Source: Bacillales bacterium UBA5578 (GTDB lineage: Bacteria > Bacillota_I > Bacilli_A > RF39 > UBA660). Taken from it: 64,000 nucleotides of DNA. Made by a program: the position numbers and the translations under genes. The notes under the pieces were generated by a model. The model was given only the letters and a program-made list of their open reading frames with translations, did not search any database and had not been told where the DNA came from. Below are positions 58,346-64,000 of the stretch, piece by piece; the first letter of the stretch is position 1; every line of letters begins with the position of its first letter. Location: positions 8,259 through 72,258 of the forward strand of contig DIMA01000018.1 in assembly GCA_002425325.1 (NCBI GenBank), read 5' to 3'.

Positions 58346-59909
58346 AGATATGAATTTATCTGAATTCCCAGAAGTAGAGGAAAGATTAATATTCTTATCA
58401 CCAGAAGAGTTACAAGAAATAAAACAAATAGTATCTAATATTCAAGCTGAACATTTATATCAAGGAAATTTTACACATGGTTTATATCATAGTGAAAAGA
58501 CATTTATTTATACATATTTATTAGCAAAAAAAGAAGGTATTAAAGAACCTTTTAGACAAATATTATTTGATGCTGCAATATATCATGATTGTAATAGACA
58601 AGATAATTTTGAAGATTCAATACATGGTTATGCTTCTGCCAATAAAATAAAAGGTTTACTAGATAGTAAAGAAATTTCTTTATCTTCTATTTATAATAAT
58701 AAAAAATATCAAGTAATATTATATGCTTTAATGGAGACACATAGTGCTAGAGAAAATGCAGATTCAGATTTAAATTGTTTATTAAATCAAGCAAGTAATT
58801 TAAACTTATTAAAAGATGAATTAACATTAGCTGAAGAATTAATTGATATTGTTGGTCCATATTTAACGCTATGTAAAATATTAAAAGATGCAGATGCATT
58901 AGATAGAAAAAGATTTGGTGATGTTTCATATGCATCACTTAATGAAGAATATTTAAGATTAGAAAGTTCTAAAAAATTAGTTGATTTTGCTGATCAAATT
59001 AATAAATTATATTTTGAATTAATGAAACAAGATTATGAAGAAATAGATGAAACTAAAGTAGCTTCTAAAAATTGTATTCATAGTATAGGTTTTGATTTCT
59101 TTAAAATTAATAGTGTTTTAGAACATGGTGTTTTATCTGCGGATGAAATGAAGAAAAGAAAATTAAATATACCTCGTAACTTTACTGGTGGTAATTTTGA
59201 TAGATGGATTTCAGTTGTAGATTTAGATTTAATTAAAGAAAATTTAACAGCTAAGAAAGAGTTTATCGATAAAGGAATTAGTTTTACTTGTCATGATGTT
59301 AAATTACATGAACCTATGGGACATAATCAGAGATTACAAGCTTTTGAAAAAGGTAGACCATGGAATAAATCTGAACACTTAGATGAAAGATATGCTTTAA
59401 TGCGTATAGCACCAGAAAAGATTATTTCTATAAATATTCCTAATAGTTATGCAGATACTAGTTTAAATGATTTAAATTATTTATATAATTCATTAGATAT
59501 TGATATGATTATTAATAGGGTAAATTACTATATGAGACAAACACAAACACCTAAAGATGATTTATTAGCTGAAGAAGTAAATATATATATTGGTCAATAT
59601 AATTTAGAATTAAAGAAATATTTATTTTTGGATAATGAAGAAAGAAAATCTTATGATTTAGTTTCAAAATTAAATCCTATATTAGCGCAAATTAGTAGTG
59701 TAATTGGTAAAATGGTTACAAGATTTTATGCTAACAGAATTAGTATAGGGAATAAAGATAAAATTACAGTTTTAGATGCTGTAAATTATGAGCTATCTTT
59801 AAATACTAAATATTGTATAGATACAACTTTATTAGTTGATGATAAAATAACTATGACATTAAGTAGAGATACTAATAGAGCAGTAAATAAAGAAAAGATT
59901 ATTAATTAA
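58317..59909 (+). CDS. HD-domain phosphohydrolase-family protein.
   Basis: 'HGLYHSEKT', 'AAIYHDCNRQD' and 'LKDADALDRKRFGD' match the HD-domain signature. Confidence 0.45.
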   Translation: MLTQILINGKDMNLSEFPEVEERLIFLSPEELQEIKQIVSNIQAEHLYQGNFTHGLYHSEKTFIYTYLLAKKEGIKEPFRQILFDAAIYHDCNRQDNFEDSIHGYASANKIKGLLDSKEISLSSIYNNKKYQVILYALMETHSARENADSDLNCLLNQASNLNLLKDELTLAEELIDIVGPYLTLCKILKDADALDRKRFGDVSYASLNEEYLRLESSKKLVDFADQINKLYFELMKQDYEEIDETKVASKNCIHSIGFDFFKINSVLEHGVLSADEMKKRKLNIPRNFTGGNFDRWISVVDLDLIKENLTAKKEFIDKGISFTCHDVKLHEPMGHNQRLQAFEKGRPWNKSEHLDERYALMRIAPEKIISINIPNSYADTSLNDLNYLYNSLDIDMIINRVNYYMRQTQTPKDDLLAEEVNIYIGQYNLELKKYLFLDNEERKSYDLVSKLNPILAQISSVIGKMVTRFYANRISIGNKDKITVLDAVNYELSLNTKYCIDTTLLVDDKITMTLSRDTNRAVNKEKIIN

Positions 59910-59975
59910 TCTTTTTTTTATGCATTATATATTATTTTTTGTTATAATGGATATATAGTAAAGAGAGGTTTTTAT

Positions 59976-60281
59976 ATGGATGCATTTTTTGTATTATTAT
60001 TAGTGTTTATAATTGTATGTTGGTCTTGTTATAGAAGAAAATTATCTAAAGCTGCATATGGTATTGCTGGTTTAGATTTATTCTTACGTATAGTAGCATT
60101 TTTATCTACTATAAAAGGTATACCAGGATTAACTACATTTTTAGCTAAATGGCCTAATGATTTATTATCAGTTGCTGATAAGTATACAGATGGTTTAGTT
60201 TATTTATTAATAGGATGGGCATTTATCATTTTAATGATTTATTTCTTATTCTTAACATTATCAACATTTTTCAAAAAGTGA
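59976..60281 (+). CDS. Small membrane protein (three TM helices), hypothetical.
   Basis: 101 aa, hydrophobic. Confidence 0.35.
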   Translation: MDAFFVLLLVFIIVCWSCYRRKLSKAAYGIAGLDLFLRIVAFLSTIKGIPGLTTFLAKWPNDLLSVADKYTDGLVYLLIGWAFIILMIYFLFLTLSTFFKK

Positions 60282-60343
60282 TTATTCACTTTTTTTTATA
60301 TACAAAACACTTGTTCGTATGATATAATGAAAATGGTGATAAT

Positions 60344-60895
60344 ATGTATGAATATATAAATGGCATAGTAACAATAGTAGAAACATCATATATTGTATTA
60401 GAAAATAATGGGATAGGATATCAAGTATATGTTGGAAATCCTTATTCTTTTAAAGAAAATAATGAATATAAAGTATTTATTTATCAACATGTTAGAGAAG
60501 ATGAAATAACATTATATGGATTTAGAAATAAAGACGAAAAAGATATGTTTTTAAAACTTATTGAAGTTAAGGGATTAGGTTGTAAAATGGCGTTACCTTT
60601 ATTAGCAAGTGGTGATATTGATTCTTTATGGTCTGCTATAGATAATGAAAATATTTTATATTTAAAGAAATTTCCTAAGATAGGAGATAAAGTAGCAAGA
60701 CAAATAATATTAGATTTAAAGGGAAAATTATCTAAGACTACATCAGTTAATGATAAGAGTTTTACAGAATTAATAGAGGTATTACAAGGATTAGGTTATA
60801 AACAACCTGATATTAAGAAAGTTCTTAATAATATAGATGCTAATATAACTATTGAACAACAAATAAAAGAAGCTCTAAGATTATTATCAAAATAG
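60344..60895 (+). CDS. ruvA: Holliday junction DNA helicase RuvA.
   Basis: 'MYEYINGIV...GIGYQVYV' is the OB fold. 'LIEVKGLGCKMAL' is HhH. Followed by ruvB. Confidence 0.9.
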   Translation: MYEYINGIVTIVETSYIVLENNGIGYQVYVGNPYSFKENNEYKVFIYQHVREDEITLYGFRNKDEKDMFLKLIEVKGLGCKMALPLLASGDIDSLWSAIDNENILYLKKFPKIGDKVARQIILDLKGKLSKTTSVNDKSFTELIEVLQGLGYKQPDIKKVLNNIDANITIEQQIKEALRLLSK

Positions 60896-60910
60896 ATAAG
60901 GAGATAATAT

Positions 60911-61909
60911 ATGGAAGAAAGAATTACAAGTGCAGATAAAATGAATGAAGATAATTTTGAAAAAAATATAAGACCAGAGAGTATAACTGAATACGTTGGG
61001 CAAACAGAAGTAAAAGAAAATCTTAATATTTTTATTAAAGCTGCAAAGATGCGTAATGAACCATTAGATCATGTATTATTATATGGTCCTCCAGGTTTGG
61101 GAAAGACAACATTATCATATATTATAGCTAATGAATTAGGTAGCAATATAAAAACAACTAGTGGACCTTCTATTGAAAAAAGTGGAGATTTAGCTGCAGT
61201 TTTATCTACACTAGAAGAAGGTGATGTATTATTTATAGATGAGATACATCGTATTCCTAGATTTATTGAAGAAATACTATATTCTGCTATGGAAGATTTT
61301 ACATTAGATATTATTGTGGGTAATGATTCAAATAGTAGAAATATTCGTATTGATTTACCTCCGTTTACGTTAGTAGGAGCTACTACAAGAGCTGGAGATT
61401 TAACAGGACCACTTCGTGATAGATTTGGTATTATTAATAAATTAAATTACTATACAGAAGAGGAACTAAAGGACATAGCTATTAGAACTAGTAAGGTTTT
61501 AAATGTTAATATTACCGAAGATGCAGCTTATGAATTAGCTAGAAGAAGTAGAGGTACTCCAAGAATTTGTAATAGATTATTTAGAAGAGTTAGAGATTTT
61601 GCTTTAGTTATGGGTGATGGAGATATTAATCTAGAAATAACTAAATTAGCTTTAGATAAATTAAAAGTAGATAGTTTAGGTTTAGATGATACAGACTATA
61701 ACTTATTAAAATCTATTATAGAAAAATTTAATGGTGGACCTGTTGGGATTGAGGCTATTGCATCATCAATTGGTGAAGAACAAACTACTATTGAAGATGT
61801 ATATGAACCATACTTATTACAAACTGGTTTACTTAAAAGAACTAGTAGAGGAAGAATGGTAACTGAAAAGGCATATGAACATTTAGGAATTCCATTTAAA
61901 ATGAATTAG
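60911..61909 (+). CDS. ruvB: Holliday junction DNA helicase RuvB.
   Basis: '[13 protein letters not shown]' is Walker A. 'LFIDEIHRI' is Walker B. The winged helix follows. Confidence 0.95.
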   Translation: MEERITSADKMNEDNFEKNIRPESITEYVGQTEVKENLNIFIKAAKMRNEPLDHVLLYGPPGLGKTTLSYIIANELGSNIKTTSGPSIEKSGDLAAVLSTLEEGDVLFIDEIHRIPRFIEEILYSAMEDFTLDIIVGNDSNSRNIRIDLPPFTLVGATTRAGDLTGPLRDRFGIINKLNYYTEEELKDIAIRTSKVLNVNITEDAAYELARRSRGTPRICNRLFRRVRDFALVMGDGDINLEITKLALDKLKVDSLGLDDTDYNLLKSIIEKFNGGPVGIEAIASSIGEEQTTIEDVYEPYLLQTGLLKRTSRGRMVTEKAYEHLGIPFKMN

Positions 61910-61990
61910 AAAAAACTAATTCATTTTTGTTTTTTTAGTATTATTATGTTATAATGTTATTGTTAATTTAATAGAAATTGAGGTCGTTTT

Positions 61991-62641
61991 ATGATTATTG
62001 GAAAGTATAATAAGTCAGTAATAGTTACCTATTTAGGTGTATTATCTACTGCAATTGGTATTTTCTTTATATTAGGTAATGAATCTCCATTATTAACATT
62101 ACCAATTATTTGTTTTATGATATCAGGTATATGTGATTTATTTGATGGAAGAATAGCTAGAATGTGTAAGGGAAGAACAGAAGAAGATAAAGAATTTGGA
62201 ATTCAAATTGATTCTTTAACTGATATGATTTCTTTTATAGCATATCCTATGATTATTTTATATGGATATTCTAAAGGATTAAATGTTGGATTAAATCCAT
62301 GGATTACAATTCCAATTTTGGCTTGTTTTATTATAGCAGGTATTAGTAGATTAGCTTATTTTAATGTGCAAGCTGCTTTAGAAGATGGACCAGTTAAATA
62401 TTATACAGGTTTACCTGTTACATCTACATCAATTATTTTTCCAGCTTTTTATTTATTAAGATATGTAGTTGATGCACAAGTATTTGTAGGTATTAACTTA
62501 GCATTATTTGCTGTAATAGCATTCTTAATGGTATTTAAATTTAAATTACCAAAACCTAAAGCTAATTGGTGGTATATAACATGTTCAGTATTAGCTGCAG
62601 TAATGGCTGCCTTATTAATATATATTAGGTTTTATAAATAA
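61991..62641 (+). CDS. pssA: CDP-diacylglycerol--serine O-phosphatidyltransferase.
   Basis: CDP-alcohol phosphatidyltransferase motif 'DLFDGRIARM...GIQIDSLTD'. Multi-TM. Confidence 0.8.
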   Translation: MIIGKYNKSVIVTYLGVLSTAIGIFFILGNESPLLTLPIICFMISGICDLFDGRIARMCKGRTEEDKEFGIQIDSLTDMISFIAYPMIILYGYSKGLNVGLNPWITIPILACFIIAGISRLAYFNVQAALEDGPVKYYTGLPVTSTSIIFPAFYLLRYVVDAQVFVGINLALFAVIAFLMVFKFKLPKPKANWWYITCSVLAAVMAALLIYIRFYK

Positions 62642-63495
62642 TGATATATAATAGACAAACAAAGAAACTAATAGATGATAAAACTTCTATTAGTTTAAAA
62701 TTTTTATATAATACCTTATTAGGTAGATTAATATTAAAGCTAGTTACAAATAGCTTTTTTAGTAACTTGATAGGTATTTATATGAGAAGTTCTTTATCAA
62801 AACTAAAAATTAAAAAATTTATTAAGAAAAATAATATTAATATGGATGAATATGTTAATGCTAAATATAAGAATTTTGATAGTTTTTTTACTAGAAAGAT
62901 TAAAGAAGGAAAAAGAATATTAAGTAATAATAATTATGATTTAATATCACCATGTGATGGTAAATTATTAGTATATAAAATTGATAATGATTTAAAATTA
63001 AATATTAAGAATAGTATATATACTATAAATGAATTATTAAGAAACGACTCATTAGCTCAACAATATAAAGATGGATATTGTTTAGTATATAGATTATGTG
63101 TTGACGATTATCATCATTATTCATATATAGATGATGGTAAAGTATTAAATAATAAAAGAATTAAAGGTATATTTCATACAGTTCAACCTATAGCGTTTAA
63201 AAAATACAAAGTATTTAATGAAAATAATAGAGAATATGAATTATTAAAAACAAAGAATTTTGGAAATATAATTCAAATGGAAATTGGAGCTTTAGGTGTT
63301 GGAAAAATAGTTAATAGAAATATTGAGGTATTTAAAAGAGGAGAAGAAAAAGGTTATTTTAGATTTGGTGGATCTACAATAGTCATATTATTTGAAAAAG
63401 ATAAAATTATAATAGATGAAGATATTTTAAATAATAGTAATAAAGATATTGAAACTATTGTTAAAATGTATGAAATTGTTGGAAGAAGGAAATAA
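62641..63495 (+). CDS. psd: Phosphatidylserine decarboxylase proenzyme.
   Basis: 'FRFGGSTIVILF' includes the GST self-cleavage site. Position after pssA. Confidence 0.75.
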   Translation: MIYNRQTKKLIDDKTSISLKFLYNTLLGRLILKLVTNSFFSNLIGIYMRSSLSKLKIKKFIKKNNINMDEYVNAKYKNFDSFFTRKIKEGKRILSNNNYDLISPCDGKLLVYKIDNDLKLNIKNSIYTINELLRNDSLAQQYKDGYCLVYRLCVDDYHHYSYIDDGKVLNNKRIKGIFHTVQPIAFKKYKVFNENNREYELLKTKNFGNIIQMEIGALGVGKIVNRNIEVFKRGEEKGYFRFGGSTIVILFEKDKIIIDEDILNNSNKDIETIVKMYEIVGRRK

Positions 63496-63497
63496 AT

Positions 63498-64000
63498 ATG
63501 ATTTTTAGAAAAGCAGTTTTAATCATTCATGGTTTTGCTGGTGGTACATATGATGAAGAACCATTATTTTTTAAATTACAAAATTATTTAGAATTTGATG
63601 TTTATAATTTTACATTACCAGGTCATAGTATTAACTTATCAAGTGATGTTAAATACGAAGATTGGATTAATTCAGTTGATGATAAGATAAATACTTTATT
63701 AAAACTAGGTTATAAAAAAATATACTTAGTAGGACATAGCATGGGTGGTGTTTTAGCTACACATGCCGCAATTAAATATCCACAAGTAGATAAAGTAGTT
63801 TTAGTAGCGCCTGCGTTTAATTACTTATCTATGACTGAAGAAAGTGATGTTGTAAAAGTATTAAAGAGTGCTACTGATGTAATAAAAACATATCAAGCTA
63901 AAGAAGTTGTATCTAGATTATTAAAAGTATCTGTAAATCAACTTAAAGAGTTCCAAGAACTAGTAAAAGTATCAAAGAATAATCCAAGTTTATTAACTCA
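63498..64000 (+). CDS. Alpha/beta-hydrolase (esterase/lipase family), 3'-partial at the window end.
   Basis: 'VLIIHGFAGG' is the oxyanion-hole region. 'GHSMGG' is the nucleophile elbow. Confidence 0.6.
   Translation, partial: MIFRKAVLIIHGFAGGTYDEEPLFFKLQNYLEFDVYNFTLPGHSINLSSDVKYEDWINSVDDKINTLLKLGYKKIYLVGHSMGGVLATHAAIKYPQVDKVVLVAPAFNYLSMTEESDVVKVLKSATDVIKTYQAKEVVSRLLKVSVNQLKEFQELVKVSKNNPSLLT

Overview
AT-rich (about 28% GC) chromosomal window from a spore-forming Firmicute, probably Clostridia-like, with Asn/Gln-rich proteins. Sporulation and housekeeping markers include spoVG, yabP-yabQ-divIC, scpAB, ruvAB, clpP, greA, infC-rpmI-rplT, gap, rnr, smpB and pssA-psd. Two accessory regions interrupt this core. 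(1) A ~5.7 kb candidate integrative mobilizable element at ~1.6-7.3 kb sits next to a tRNA-Leu. It carries a Mob_Pre/MobV-type relaxase, a large serine recombinase and a structured, GC-enriched intergenic region that is a candidate oriT. (2) A ~30 kb island at 11.3-41.0 kb lies between scpA and rmuC and is the most interesting part. It joins a complete Tad/Flp-type (type IVc) pilus assembly module (CpaB, TadA/CpaF ATPase, TadB, TadC, a Flp-like pilin, three TadE-like pseudopilins, a TadZ-like protein) to a minimal Gram-positive type IV secretion module (VirB3-like, a VirB4 split into two ORFs, VirB6-like, and a VirD4 coupling protein with an SPFG-repeat tail). Between the two modules are six tandem paralogous VirB2/pilin-like proteins that share an almost nucleotide-identical 'QKEDEIKKGQ' loop core and Cys-rich C-termini. 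Two multi-domain peptidoglycan hydrolases (M23+CHAP; SpoIID-like+C39-like), each followed by a paralogous lipoprotein, and a >1000-aa Cys-rich secreted protein complete the island. I found no relaxase or integrase inside it, so it does not look like a classical ICE; it may be a previously undescribed hybrid pilus/T4SS surface machine. All calls come from reading motifs in the supplied translations and DNA; no database searches were possible.
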